Assembly: GCA_000934665.2 (NCBI GenBank)
Contig: JYFJ02004110.1
Coordinates: 1 to 34,860 of the forward strand
DNA length: 34,860 nucleotides
Source: Catajapyx aquilonaris
Lineage: Eukaryota
Direction of reading: 5' to 3'
Shown: piece after piece, positions 12,428-24,859 of the stretch
Numbering within the stretch: position 1 is the stretch's first letter
Layout: each line of letters begins with the position of its first letter
Notes under the pieces: generated by a model
The model's database searches: none
What the model was told of the DNA's origin: nothing
Seen by the model: the letters and a program-made list of their open reading frames with translations, nothing else
Program-made: the position numbers and the translations under genes

Positions 12428-13006
12428 CCATTTGATCCCCACATCAATCCATGCAGTGCAGTGGGCCGTTTTGGCGAGGAACTGATTGATTGAATACAGG
12501 TTCCTCGCCAACTTTTCGGTGGCCCGAACAATTTGTAAATCTTGCAGGACGTACTTGTGCTTTTTACGGCGAGCGATTTCGAGGCCTCTCTGAGATCTTC
12601 CGGTATATACTAATCTTGGCTGGAGGCCAACTCGATCTCCCGAAGTTTTTCTGAAATATTATGGGAGTGTAGCGTGAGGTGTTGGGTGCAAAATTATAAC
12701 CCTGAAATAACAAGTAAGTTCTTCCATCAGGTTGCTAAACTACCAAGGAAGTTCCACACAAACAGTGCACCAAACCCCTTGCTGCTTCATATGATATGCA
12801 GCATAGTGCACAAATGTAACTACACAGTCAGGCAGCAAGTGCTGTGGATCACGCTGTTATATACGTACTTGTATATGTGCAGACTAGTATGCACAACTTG
12901 AGGTGCTGCGGATTCCCCAGGTCTCTGTTATGAAAGCAACGGACCACTGTGTCGCTATACTTTAATTATTATATGCACAGTATGTATACAATGCATCCAT
13001 ATTTAC

Positions 13007-13173
13007 CGATCAGCAAATCACTCCAAGTAAGTTCTGCAAAAAAAAAAAAAAAACGTCCCCTTTGCGCCATGCCATTAGTAGCCCATTGCTACTTCATTTG
13101 TCATAGCTGCACGCAGCATGCGATTTGTTGCTGCCATCAAGGTGCTGCCTCCAATGGACCACAGGTAGGAGAC
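13007..13173 (-). pseudogene. DUF4806-like exon (accessory gene typical of EnSpm/CMC-like elements)
   Basis: Bounded by a ttccAG acceptor and a GTAAAT donor. Reads VSYLWSIGGSTLMAATNRMLRAAMTNEVAMGY*WHGAKGT...FAELTWSDLLI, matching the GG...TN-x-x-A-x-x-Y-x-W-x-G-x-KG pattern. Confidence 0.65.
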
Positions 13174-13205
13174 CTGGAAAAACAAACAAATATAGATTGC
13201 TTACT

Positions 13206-14570
13206 CAGCGCCGGATTAAGGTTGTGGGTGGCCCGGGGCCCATTTTGGTGGGAGACCCATAGTTTCAAGGGGGGGATATGTCGAAATGAAATGAACAGGT
13301 GTTCTTACCAAATTTATTTATGCAGAGAAATTCAGTTAAAATAATTGAATTTAAATCAGAGAATGGATGGAATTATAACCACTACAGTCCAGAGACTCCA
13401 GACACTTTTCTCGATTTTCGTGCGGCAATGTCGATGATGTCACTGAAGTCCAATTCACGCAGTATATCTGACTCGATGCTCATGATAGCCAGATTTACCA
13501 AACGTTCCTGCTTCATGGATGTCCGTAATCGGTTCTCAATTAATTTGAGTTTTGAGAAGGAGCGCTCGCCACTACAGTTTGATACCATCAAAATAAGGTA
13601 TATACGTATAGAGCTATCTCAATGTTTGGGAAAGTGTCCTGCACACCCTTGTCTATGATAAGTCTGTACAGGAAAAACCGAGTGCTGATATCTTTTGGCT
13701 CCTCGTCTGTGAAGATATTGGCAAATGTTACAAACTGACACAGTTCATCAATAAATGTAATGTCCAAGTCATCTGGATAAGACCTGAGGAGCTGCTTTGC
13801 TGCGGCCTGAAGCTCGTCTGAAGACAGTTCCTTCACATGGCTAAAAAAGCTAAATTTGCTTGATATCTGTTTATATTCTTGCAGATATTGGTCGGGAGAA
13901 GCGATAAACTGATCAATAACAGGCAAAAAAGTTTCTGTTCTGTATTTTTTAGAAGGGCTGAGTTCTATTTCTTTTGCATGGCCATAATCCAATGGGTTAA
14001 GACGCACATTGCGGAACTTGTGTCGAGTTGTCGTCTGCACATACTCTGTTGACCCAGACAGCTCTTCGCCTTGCTTCTCATAAGTGTCGAAGGAGTCACG
14101 CTTTGATGCGACATAGTTTTTCAAGCTGATCAGAGACGCCACAGCAGTATTTAGATGGAGTTTTGCATGTTGTAGATTTTTACTATTAGCATTTGTTCTT
14201 TGCAGGAGATCGTTCCAGAAGGTGGTGTAAATACCTATTTCAAGCCAAGTTCAAGCTGATTTATCTGTATTAACAGTCCTTCTGCTTCACAGCGTACACA
14301 CGATTTACAAAATCACGAACGCGTAAGAAGTTTTTTTTCCCAACATCCCAATATACAGATGATCCTAGGGTACGCAAAGGTCGCAAACGTTGTTATTCTG
14401 ATTTCCCTAGTCCTAACAAAGCAGTGGTCATTATATAATATTAAAAAATAAATCGAATTTCTGGCATGTAGGCCTATGTACGAATTTCCCATAGAGAAAA
14501 ACATTATTGCCCATATTGGTGGGAGGCCCAGGGCTCGGGCCCCTTGGGCCCTGCACTTAATCCGGGCCTG
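13206..14570 (-). mobile_element. Complete non-autonomous hAT element (internal deletion derivative, 1365 bp)
   Basis: TIRs CAGCGCCGGATTAAG (13206-13220) and CAGGCCCGGATTAAG (reverse complement of 14556-14570) match at 13/15. GGGCCC subterminal motifs. Perfect 8-bp TSD TGCTTACT at 13198-13205 and 14571-14578. Confidence 0.95.
13382..14300 (-). pseudogene. C-terminal part of a ZMYM1-like hAT transposase with dimerisation domain
   Basis: FLPVID...FSFF...YPDDL...TFPNIEIAL, frameshift, MVSNCSGERSFSKLKLIENRLRTSMKQERLVNLAIMSIESD. Confidence 0.92.
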
Positions 14571-14593
14571 TGCTTACTAATGTAATAATAATA

Positions 14594-14621
14594 ACTAGCA
14601 GGATACCCGGCGTTGCTCGGG
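14594..14621 (+). mobile_element. Possible Helitron-type terminal motif
   Basis: ACTAGCAGGATACCCGGCGTTGCTCGGG after a short (TAA)n run resembles the ACTAG...ACCCG...CGGG hairpin terminus of insect Helitron-like repeats. No other end found. Confidence 0.4.
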
Positions 14622-15199
14622 TTATGAAATACTTTTCCATAGTCTGAGTGACATTGATTTGGCAGTTACCTTTGCAATAATTATGGCTACACAATGTTGC
14701 CACATGGAACATAATTCTTGCAAGTACATGAAGTCCAAACTACACACTACGGATGTCAGATTGTAAGAAAATACACAATACACCTTCAAAATCCAGCAAA
14801 AGTATGTTACGAAAAATTGAAGGTTGTGCAATAAATGGGTGGGCGAAAAGTCCCATGACATATCAGACCCATTGCATGGCCGGATAGCTCCTGTAAAAGG
14901 GTTCTATCTACTGACAGATCCAGATTAAGGGACCACAGTATATTTTCCACTACAAGTGCAGCTGGCATGCTCCACAAAATACATCCGACCGGCTCCCTCC
15001 GAGCCCGGCCAACAACTCCCCTTTTTCCTCCTGGTGAGGAGAGGATACAACAGCTCCTGGGGGAGGAGAACCATCAGGATGGGGGGAAGGCCCTGCGCAC
15101 GCAGCCAACCGCCGCACAGTGGTCTGCAGACCCCTTTTAAGTGGACAAACGTCTAGAAGACGCAAATAAGTTACTTAATCTTCAGAAAATTCGGGATTA

Positions 15200-15376
15200 A
15201 CGGGTTTTGTCAGTCGCAAAATTCAAAATGGCGGATCCAACATGGCGGCCAGGCTGATCTAAAACTATTCCTTTTCAACCCGAAATTGGGATGCGGGGGT
15301 TTTGTCAGTCGCAAAATTCAAATCCGTTGTTAGAATTGAAAAATTCAACATGGCGGATCCAACATGGCTGCCAGCC
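15200..15376. repeat. Subterminal-type repeats of an unidentified DNA transposon
   Basis: Two copies of GGGTTTTGTCAGTCGCAAAATTCAAA and two of ATGGCGGATCCAACATGGC. A related AAATTCAAAATGGCGGA occurs at ~17669-17685. Confidence 0.6.
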
Positions 15377-15643
15377 GAATCCCAGTGGTCTGAAATGGCG
15401 ATTTAACACGACGAAAGTGATTGCCTCACGAAATCTGCGCAGTTCACTGAAAAACAATGTTGTTATAGGATGGCTAGTTGTAAAATGTACGAAAACTTGA
15501 AATATGTGCTAAAGCGGTCTGTGGTGCCAACGTTCTTAGGTAGGCTATACTTCCGGAATATGAGAGGCAAACAATTTGAGTGAAAGAATTTCCCAAATGT
15601 ATCATGAATAATGTTGCATATAATGCAGAATCATCTCGTTCCA

Positions 15644-15646
15644 AAA

Positions 15647-15677
<31 letters not shown>

Positions 15678-15680
15678 ATA
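15644..15680 (+). repeat. (TAAA)n microsatellite, possibly a retroposon tail
   Basis: About 9 tandem AAAT units. Confidence 0.9.
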
Positions 15681-16828
15681 CACCCTCAATACAAAATTAA
15701 CTACAAAAGATGTCTATAATAGTACATTACAAGACAATAGAGGAATAACAAAAATAAAATCGGTAAGCGTCAAAATTTCAAACAAAAGAAAAGACGAATC
15801 ACATTGACAATAATAATGCTCATACACAGTTCATAGGAAATATAACCATTCCGTTTCAGAAAAACCTATTACATATAGATTCCCTAGACAATAACAAAAT
15901 GATATAAATAAATCCTGCCACCGGCAGCGGTGCCTACTGACTGATCAGATGCACCTGTAAGAACCTGAGCACAGCGCGAACGCATTAGCGAGAGGGTCAC
16001 CGGTGCACGTTTGAACATGTCCGGCCGCCCAGCTATTTAGGCGCAAGTGGGCGCGGATTTTGTTTGTCCAGGTGTGTTCAGTAGACTGTAGACATCAGGG
16101 TATGTTATTATCACGGCGGGATGCTGGTGCCACGTGGTGCCATTCTTGCAGCTCACGCCTAAGTTGAGCTCGACGCATTTGGCGCATCTCATACAAAGTT
16201 TCTGAATTGTGACGTCAAGGGGACACTCAGCGTATGCATGGCTTTTTTTTACTGTGAAAACAAAGTTGAAGCAACACTCGACCCACATGATTGAATCGCT
16301 TAAGTATTTTGTTCCTTCATGATCAGTCTTTCCGCTAAGGCCTAAACGTTGACACTTTTGAGGGCTATTGTGAGAGGCTGTTTGAGATGGCATACTCTGT
16401 CGGTACTACAAATAATTTTCAATAACTCATCAGTGTTCTGAAATCTCTTGACATCTGTCTATCAAAGTAAGTTGTCAGAACTAACGTCCGCAACAATGTA
16501 AAATTCGACTGTTGTCGTGTTAAATCGCCATTTCATACCACTGTGCGCCGCGGCGCCACATCCACTTTCTTACGAGCCCCCCATCCTGATAATCCCCCCT
16601 ACCAATACAAGTCCGAAAAACACTTTTTGGACACTCAAACACGAGATAAAAACACAGCACTACAAACGCCACCGGCCCGTCCCCCCATTGTTTTTTTTTT
16701 TTTTTCCTGAAACGCCACACAGTTCACTGCACGTCACCGAGGATGTCCTCCTCTTCCAGTCCGTTCCTCCGGACCTCTTCCAAGAACCGGCCCGGAGTAG
16801 GCGGTGGCTGCTTCCTACCCTCAGCCAA

Positions 16829-17233
16829 CTACCGCAGCCGGTGCACCTCCATCCGGAGCTGTAACGCCACGCTGGTCACCTGGCCGAACAGCATGTCCGG
16901 GGTGATGTCCGGTCCTCCTGTGGGGATGCCCAACAAGGCAAGAGATGCCTTCTGCTCCTCTTGCTGCTCCAGGCGCCTCTCTTCTTCCATCCTCTTCCTG
17001 GCTGCGAACTGCTGCGTCTTCCTCCACTTCAGATAAGCCCTCGGTGCCAAATTGTGCACCAGGGGCTCCTCCGGCCCCACCGGGACAAGAAGTAGGCTAG
17101 GTCCAGCGTCGACCTCCTCCTCCTCCTCTTCCGCGGGTGCTGGGATGTCGGTGGTCTTTGCTGGCATGAAGTCAGAGTCTGTCAATACAGTTGAATCAAC
17201 TGGCCAGACATCAATTTCGCTGCCTTCTGACAA
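16829..17233 (-). other. Unidentified protein-like ORF (acidic tract plus coiled coil)
   Basis: 134-aa ATG ORF. The frame continues past one stop (LAEGRKQPPPTPGRFLEEVRRNGLEEEDILGDVQ). No family recognised. Confidence 0.35.
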
Positions 17234-18106
17234 AGTGTGTCCTTGAAGGCTTCACTGTGGAGGACTCCAGAGGATTCAAAGAGATAAATGAAATCACACT
17301 TACCACTGCATCTCCAATCTTTGGGGTTGCTGATAAGCGTCGCTTCTTGGCCCCAATTCCAAAGAGGCCTCGGCGGTTCTCTTCAGACGTTGCCCTAAAT
17401 CCGTCAAATGCCTCAAAGGACGGTGTTACTAATTGAGCATTAATCAATGGTACATTAGTGCCCATTAGTGCCAGAAGGGGTGGGGCCATCTTCACGGACC
17501 TCCACTAATGGCCTCCTGTATCCAGCAGTGATGGCTAGCTGCTGGATGACACTATCGGAGGCCACGACGCACAGTGGGGCAGATAATTAAATCCATGGCC
17601 AAAAATTCAGCAATTTTTATGGAACGGTTTTCAATTGGGCTGATTTCAGATCCGATGTCAAACAATCGAAATTCAAAATGGCGGACAGTGCCTTTCTCAA
17701 AATAATGTCCAGGTTATAATGAAATATATCCGAAGGGTTTTTTCGTACATCTTTCATTTCGAATGCAGTGCTAAATGGAGAAAGAATGGAGGAGAATGAC
17801 AAAGAAAGGGGCAAGTGTAAGTGTAGGACTGATCATATTCAGGAAGGAAGGAAGGAAGGGCACAGTGGCCGGCCAGGACACGACCGGACCAAAGGCCTCG
17901 AACTGGGCGTCGCCCTTGCTTATATAGGGGGTGGAACGGAATGCATGGTGGGAAACGAGGGAGGTAGAATGGCAGATGTCTAATGGGAATACAAGCATCA
18001 CATTGGGTGTGGTATGACGACAGATAGTGATATGACCGAGTCCAATGGTCTTACAATCCATAAGTGTCAAATTGAAACAATGAGGTCACACCACTCACCT
18101 CTGAGT

Positions 18107-18965
18107 CTAAAACCCTCCAGGCAGATAACTTGCTCCCTCTACTGCTACTGCTTCCTTCTGTGCATCAAGTTTGGCCTTTAGTCTGGCAGAACGAGCTTCT
18201 CTTGATGCTTTCTTGACCGCCTCATCACCAACTGACATCCGCCTTTCATCTTTGTGGTGGAGTCCTTCCTCTGCTCTTCTGCCAGGCAGTGTACCCATCT
18301 TCTTCATCACTTCCAGTATGGCGCCAGTGCCATTATTGAATGTAGCAACGGCCAAAAAAGTCGCAGTCTCAACTGTGTCAACGCCGCTGAAGGTTTCTTT
18401 GGGCGCAAATCTCCAGATCTTGTCATTGAGCGACTCATTTGGATTTGAAGAGTATCCACCTAAGCAGCGGGTTAGGAAATCATCACTGCTCAACTTTTCA
18501 AAAATTGGCTTCACAGCTTTCATGACAACCTGTGGTACATTCTCCTTGTGTCTGTATTTTTCCAGACGGTTGTGATACTTTGGTTGCTGCCATGAGCACC
18601 AGCTGCCCTTGCCTTCCGGACAATGGGAATGGCTGGGTTTCTTGTCAGTTGACACAGTGTGATAGTAAATGGCCCAGATAGCTTTTTTCATATCATCGAT
18701 GTTGTTTTTGTGGTTCCTAATTGCATTCCCGTACCACTTCTGCATACTGATTAAAGTACAATCTGTCAGTCTCGCTTTCCCGCCTAAAGTTTTTCCATCC
18801 TCCAGGACCACTCATTTCTTCTTCAGCTCTCTCAGCTGTCTTCCCATCCTTTTCCTCACATGCCCAACTTCTTCCAGTTTCTGGACTTCAATATCCTCAC
18901 CATACGGCTGTGCTTCCACAACGCTGCTATGGACTTTTGAGTCACCATCACCGATGTAATGACTG
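18107..18965 (-). pseudogene. Mutator-like-domain (Kolobok-type) transposase, C-terminal half with one in-frame stop
   Basis: YIGDGDSK, EAQPYG, KLEEVGHVRKRMG, stop at 18812-18814, then LGGKARLT, WYGNAIR, MKKAIWAIYYH, CPEGKGSWC, NPNESLN, APKETFSG, ending YLPGGF*. The 5' side joins non-coding, terminal-like sequence (18965-19226). Confidence 0.85.
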
Positions 18966-19226
18966 TAAAACACTGTAAACCACCTGCAAGTCGCCATCTT
19001 GCCCCCACAGTTACTAGGTGGGAGACAAAGAAGCCACATTGAGAGAGCGAGCAGCGGAGGAGCGCCCAGCGCGCGATTTGAATCGGTGCAGACTTTTACA
19101 AAAAGTGCTCCTGTGACGTCATTTCTTAATATTTCGTGAAAATATTTATATTCATGTACAGAAAGGTTCACTATTTCAAACAATGGCCAAAACTCGATTT
19201 TGATTTTTTGACATTACGGTATTAAT

Positions 19227-20850
19227 CTATATACATACCCTTCTGGGAGGCTTCGTTGCGTAACGGGCAGCTACGCAGCTTCTTCTCGTAACGAACTGAA
19301 TCTGAAGGCTTCTTCTGTGTACGACTCGACTTAGTCTTTTACATATAGAATACATTGCAGCATTCATCCAAATTATCAAGCTGTTTACGTATCTCGGTAC
19401 CACTTCGAAGGTGACATTGACTGGTAAGCTCAGGATAATCTGCGAAGGTTGCATGGCACATTCGGCACGTGTATCTAACTGGGCAAATCCCTCCTTTAAT
19501 CACCCTATGTAATGTATGGCAAGGGAGTTTCCAGCATACCCAATCAAACCTTTCCTTCCCATTGCATGTATCAAACGCAATGCCATCAGTGGAAAGTTTG
19601 TGAACAGTGCTTAGGAAATCCTGAAGCATCTCTGCTTTGGGTTGCATCAGTTGCACACCACGTGCTTCACCTACAGCAAGTAAGTGAGTAGCACAATTTG
19701 GAACGGAGATGGACAGGGACATTCAGGAAAACAATGTAAAAGAAGCACATTTTCCCCTTCATACCTCTCTTGCTGCCAATGGCATCAGCAAGTTCCACTT
19801 CGTCATTGTATAACAACATGTTTATCACATTGGAGTTGTGTTTCTGCATAACAGGGTGGGTCTGGGCTCTTTTTCCATCAGTGAAATCACATAGTACACC
19901 AAGAGGTCCCTGTGCAGCACTACCATCTTTGAAATACGTCACCATTTCAGGACTATTAAGCGTGTTAGCTATTAGAGAACTTAGCTTTTGTGCACCACCT
20001 TGCGATTTGAAAGATGCACTGGAGGTATGTACACACCTTGCTCCACATAAAAACCCTTCCTTTTCCTATCTGTATCAAATCTGCTAAGATCAATTTCTCC
20101 CCCCTTGCTTTCAACAATGCTTTGTATCCCCGTCCCTGTTTCATCGATCGTGAGCTTTGATGCTCTATGCCTGCCTTCAAGACCTCTGCACAGGTTTGAC
20201 GGCATGACATCATCTTTATTTGTCTCAGCAATTTCCTCAATCCACTCCTCACTTACAGAATGTTGTATCCCCATAAGCATGCACTCCAGTTGCAATATAT
20301 CCAGTTGTTGTTCCTGACAATCCATGGTATTGGTTTATTTTTACCCAGTGGGCACGAGGCCCTTTTGGGGGACTTCGCCATAATACATAATTGAGAGAGA
20401 AAAGTACCCTTAATCAATATGGTAAATATAAGGTGAGCAATTAGATACATAACTAGTAATCAAGTAACATAGCACAGCGAGTGGGGGTTACTTGGGTTCT
20501 ATAATGGGCCTTTACAACTTTACGTATATTCGAGAACTTTAATATGGCCACCACTGCTCTAAGAAAAGAAAATATTTTGTGGATGAGGTGCAAGTCACAG
20601 GAGTTGAACAATACATGCATTTTATCGATCGGTACCCTTCTTACATCATACCTGACAATCCTATATGTCCTTGTGCAGAATACAATGCTTTCTATGATGT
20701 ATCTTCTGTGCAAAAGAAGATTTGCAAACACTGCACACATGCTTTCGCAGCTGCGGATGGAACTTTGTAAAGTGAACCATATAACTGTTGTACTTCGTAG
20801 TGGCAAACCGACATTCCGTGCAAATGTGAGTATACGTAGGCCTACTAACA
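19227..20850 (-). pseudogene. EnSpm/CMC-like transposase remnant with N-terminal zinc fingers
   Basis: Zinc fingers CTEC...H...H and CSVC at 20830-20690. Across several frameshifts: DFTDG, HP, LLYNDEVELADAIGSKRG..KMCFFYIVFLNVPVHLRSKL, THLLAVG, DGI, GNSLAIH, CRMCHAT. Confidence 0.75.
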
Positions 20851-21579
20851 GTGAGCGATCCTGAAGCTTCTGCCGATGGTCTAGATCCTGGTTCAGGCAC
20901 TACTGGACTGCTCCTCGTTACTTCTGAGGCTGTTGTGGATGGTGTGGATACCAGTTCAGGCCCAAAGTTTCCAGAACTACTGCTCCTTGTTACTCCTGAA
21001 GCTGCTGCAGGTGGTCCTGACCGCACTTCAGGCACTGCCGGACTCCTACTGTGACAGGCTGAGGACAAACAACCAAACACACTACTGTTGAAAGTCCCCA
21101 GTGGCCTCCTGCCAAAGTTGTGGTGTAAGTGAGGCAAGGTTGGAAAAATGTAGTCGACAGTTTTTGCTCTTTAAAACCCAATTATTATTATCACAATAAA
21201 TTCTCAGTACAATTTACATCAAATCTCAAATCAATTAAGTTTACACATGATGTTTTCTCAACAACCACAGCTTACACTCGATACGCTGGATTCACGACGG
21301 CCAGCAACCCGTCTGTTGAGTAGCCGACTTGAGCAGGGAAACTCTTCTTCATCAAAGGGGCCTTGGTGTGTTCGACATGGTCACCCACGGAAGCGTTGAT
21401 CTTCTCCCTCCTTCCATCCGCCATGTTGTGGGGCGTTCCGCCATCTTGTGTCAGGGTCAGCCATTTTGGAATAGTCTTCTCAGGAGACGCGTGAATTTTT
21501 GGGGAGGATACTACAATAATTTTTCACCCGGGGTGACTGGATCACCCAAACCTAATCAAGCCACATCGGCACACAATGA

Positions 21580-21637
21580 CTCTGACTGGTATGGCGGCTT
21601 CAATTCTCCTGCAACTGTGCCTCTTCTCTTATAACCT
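21580..21637. repeat. Dispersed 58-bp direct repeat, copy 2 (copy 1 at 8379-8436)
   Basis: 57/58 identical to 8379-8436. Confidence 0.95.
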
Positions 21638-21644
21638 ATTCTTT

Positions 21645-22600
21645 TGCCACATACAGTGGAAGACGACACTATTGAAGGTACCTTCTACCCACTGAAACAG
21701 TGCAGCCTGTGTAAGGAGCAGTGTATTTCATGTGCCGAAGAGATTCGAAAATGGTCCTTCCTGTCGGCGTGTCCAAAGATGCATCCTTCACTTGCTGCTT
21801 ACCTTTACGTAAAGTCGAGGTTCTGTGCAGGTGAGGTGGCTCAACAGTATCCATGTGATCCATGAGTTTCGCTGCTCGATGCCTTCTGTAAAGAGCAGTA
21901 GACTGATGCTCAATTTCTATGCCAACCTCCTCTCTCAATGATCCCGAGCAATGACGCTTGGAGGTGTGGCTTTAACTTCTGGTGTCTTGTGCACGCCACT
22001 CCATTGGTAGGGGTTCTCCAGGAAGTGGTTCATTCTGCATGATTCCCTCTGCAGTGGCATAGTATTCGACACGCTTTCCTGGCATCTTTGTACGAAGTGC
22101 TTCCTGAGATCAGGGTCTCGCGAAACCTTCCCTTGCTTGGAGGCATACGCGCATGGCAGCTTGTGCTGATCCCAGAGTAGACGGGCCACAGTGTGCGTCC
22201 ATCGTCTATGTGGTCACCACTTGTAGGTTGACTCGGTCGGTCGAAGTTCCTCCCATATCTGCGGGGTGATTGTCACAATGAAGGTCTTCGTCGGCCTTAC
22301 TGCAGTCTGTCCAGAGTCACTGTACTTTTGCACATCTTCAGACTCCGAGTTACTGACGAGGGTGACGGTGTCTGCTTGTATCCCCTGAAGTGCCTGAAAC
22401 TCCGTCCTTACACCCCACCGGTCCTGTCCTCATTCAAGCAGACCCAAGCATACTTGGGTGTCATCAAACCATCCAGGAGTCCACTAATATCATGTGGTTA
22501 GCCGGGGGAACTGGACTGCCATCACTCTGTAGGATACCCTGGAGCTCCTGAAGAACGCTGAGAAACTTGTCACGAGGTACAGTGGGACCTTTACCCTGGA
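21645..22600 (-). pseudogene. NOF/FB-like (MULE-related) protein N-terminal fragment
   Basis: DISGLLDGLMTPKY; IWEELRP...WTHTVARLLWDQHKLPCAYASKQGKV; REEVG...AAKLMDHMDTVEPPHL...TLRKGKQQ...SLRHMKY. Resembles arthropod NOF-FB-like proteins. Multiple frameshifts. Confidence 0.65.
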
Positions 22601-22733
22601 ATAAAGGAAGAGGGTTGTTACATCATACTGGAGAAGTTTCGTAGCTTCGTAGTAGCCAAATTCCCACCAGTTCTGAAATTCACATTTGATGAATTAATAT
22701 TGTCATACAGAGCCTGTTTTCACTCAATCCTAC

Positions 22734-23520
22734 CTCCGTGGGTTGACGGTGTCCCTCATAAACAGCAGTGACTGATAGAAAGGCCAATTTGTTTCGTACA
22801 CTGCATTTGCCCCAGCACCTGAGCTGCAGCTATCTTCAGTCTTGCGAAATTCCTTCCCAAATCTGTCTCTAAGACCTTTCCATCTCTTCCGCAGCTCAGG
22901 TCCTAGAAAGAAAATTGGGTTGTGAGAGGGAAATAAAACACAATTTCCATTAAGGGCATGCTAAACACACCACCCACGACAGCTCAAATTTGGGCGCCTT
23001 CTGCGTGCGCACAATACATGCAACTTCTACGCTTTCCCCATTGAGTCAGGAGTCGAGTCACCATGTCACTGCTCAGTGTGCACAAAATATGCTAATAATA
23101 GGCCTACATGAGAGTAGGGCTATATGGAATTTCAGCATTTTCTTTGGGCAAGCATGTGAAGTGGAAAAAAAAATGCCAGGCCAAATGCCAGATTGTGACT
23201 CAATTTCCAGCCCAGCTTCGGGGTAGGTTTTGTAATTTGCATTGATACAATCTGGCCTGCATGGCCAAGGAATGGCCCAACCAGCATTATCGCTCCCCTC
23301 AAGCACAGCGGCCAGCACTGCTGAAATGTACATGCATAAATGTACCTGGGATATGCAATTCCTGGGATATTTCGTCCCACAGCGATGCCTGCAGGCGTAC
23401 GTCTTTGTACTGCTGCAGCTTCACATTCCATAGGACCGCCTTTGCACTTACTAGGGCAATCAACGTTTCTGTTCCCTCCGCCTTGGCCAGCTTTCGCTTC
23501 CTAGACATGTCGGCTGCCAT
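22734..23520 (-). pseudogene. MADF-domain gene, first two exons (23520-23346, 22902-22734); probably a Harbinger accessory gene, 3' part missing
   Basis: Spliced product: LIALVSAKAVLWNVKLQQYKDVRLQASLWDEISQELHIP|GPELRKRWKGLRDRFGKE...SGAGA...WPFYQSLLFMRD. GT-AG intron intact. Confidence 0.85.
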
Positions 23521-24206
23521 CTTTGCTTGTTCTTTCCGCACTTCAAACGTGAGAAGTCCACCCGATTGGACGCCAGCGCCACGCCGCAGCTCGGCTATCG
23601 CGCGCACCATTTGTGAATTGCCTTTCGCAAGTTTTCCGCTCTCCACACGCGGCGCTGGCGCAACGCAGAGTGTGTGAAGCAGCCTTTTGAGCAGGCAGAT
23701 TGAGGGGTGTGGTGGGAAAACATGAAACCCACATTTTTGTCATTTTCACTAGGCAACACGGGCTCGAGACAACGCCATCTTTTTTTACATTTCTCGGCTG
23801 ACAAATGACGCTCATATCGAAACAAACTAAGATGAGACCAAGCCTTTAGACATTTCTGAACATTTCAGCCAGCGAAATGGCTAACAACACTAGGAACACG
23901 AGGAACATAAACATTAATGTAAGTTAGGATTTTGCTGGCATAAAAATAGTACAATCCGACACGATCAAGTAATTTGGGTTAAAACAACCAGTACGTATTA
24001 GTGGAATGCTGGAATTTATTTTCACAAAATATATGTAGGAAACAATGAAAGAAATGGAACAATATTACATTTACTTAATTTAATCTATGACTAACGCACC
24101 ATTACATTATTAGAGAGATACATTGAAAATGTTCATTTTAGGCGATTTTTCAAAATTGGACAAACACGGGGGTTTCAGCTGAATCTAACCACCTTCTGAC
24201 ACTAAG

Positions 24207-24720
24207 TTATCTTAAGAACGCCCTTATAAATTGGTTGATGTCCCCGCGCCACACCGGGCAAGGTATATGGCTAGCTCGCATTACTTCCACACAAGTGTGA
24301 CAAATAACATGGCCACAGTTAGTTCCGTAATTCCAAAATCGAATTAGACATACGCTGCATGAATCGACCGGTCGATCGGGGATCATCATGGTCGTCGTCG
24401 TCATCGATAACAATAACATCATCGGCACCACCACCCCCAACTGCAGCGGCAAGAGCAGCAGCACCACCAACCGGACCGGCGGCGGCGGTTGAAGCAGCAC
24501 CAGCTGGATGGATAAAAGACAGGTGTGAAACAATCCTGCACTTTCTTTACATGCTGGTAGGTCCAGTACCCTCAATGATTATATGCTTACCGTTTATTTG
24601 CTGATTCAAATATGATCGAACTGTGTAGCATGCTCTGAGGAGATATTCCTTTAGCCTGTTCGCATACTCCCCACTGCTGAATCGTTGTTGAAGATTTCAG
24701 ATGTTTGTCTGTTGGCGAAT
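24207..24720 (-). pseudogene. Degenerate C3HC4 RING finger preceded by a possible MULE transposase C-terminal helix
   Basis: CSVC...CGHVICHTC...CPVWR (last Cys mutated to Trp). Upstream, LQQRFSSGEYANRLKEYLLRACYTV resembles MULE C-termini. The RING is well supported, the MULE link is weak. Confidence 0.6.
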
Positions 24721-24859
24721 CCAGTACTCAGGTGTGCTTGGGCTGGGTGCGGTTAGGCCTACGGCCTGCTGCGCAATGCTCAAAGCATTCATCCTCTACA
24801 AGACAAGGACTGGGCTAAAATCCTCAGCTTGTAGATTTTCCCAAGGAGCTCATAAGGCA

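Noticed and set aside
17860..17960. Minus-strand TATATAAG with a downstream initiator-like sequence, possible LTR or promoter
   Set aside because: No second LTR, termini or linked ORF; the motif alone is not enough.
21490..21535. CAC-starting putative terminus of the EnSpm-like element
   Set aside because: No partner TIR or TSD in the window to confirm it.
8379..21637. 58-bp direct repeats as LTRs or CRISPR repeats
   Set aside because: Only two copies, no TG...CA ends, no PBS/PPT, no TSD, and no gag-pol or cas genes between or near them.
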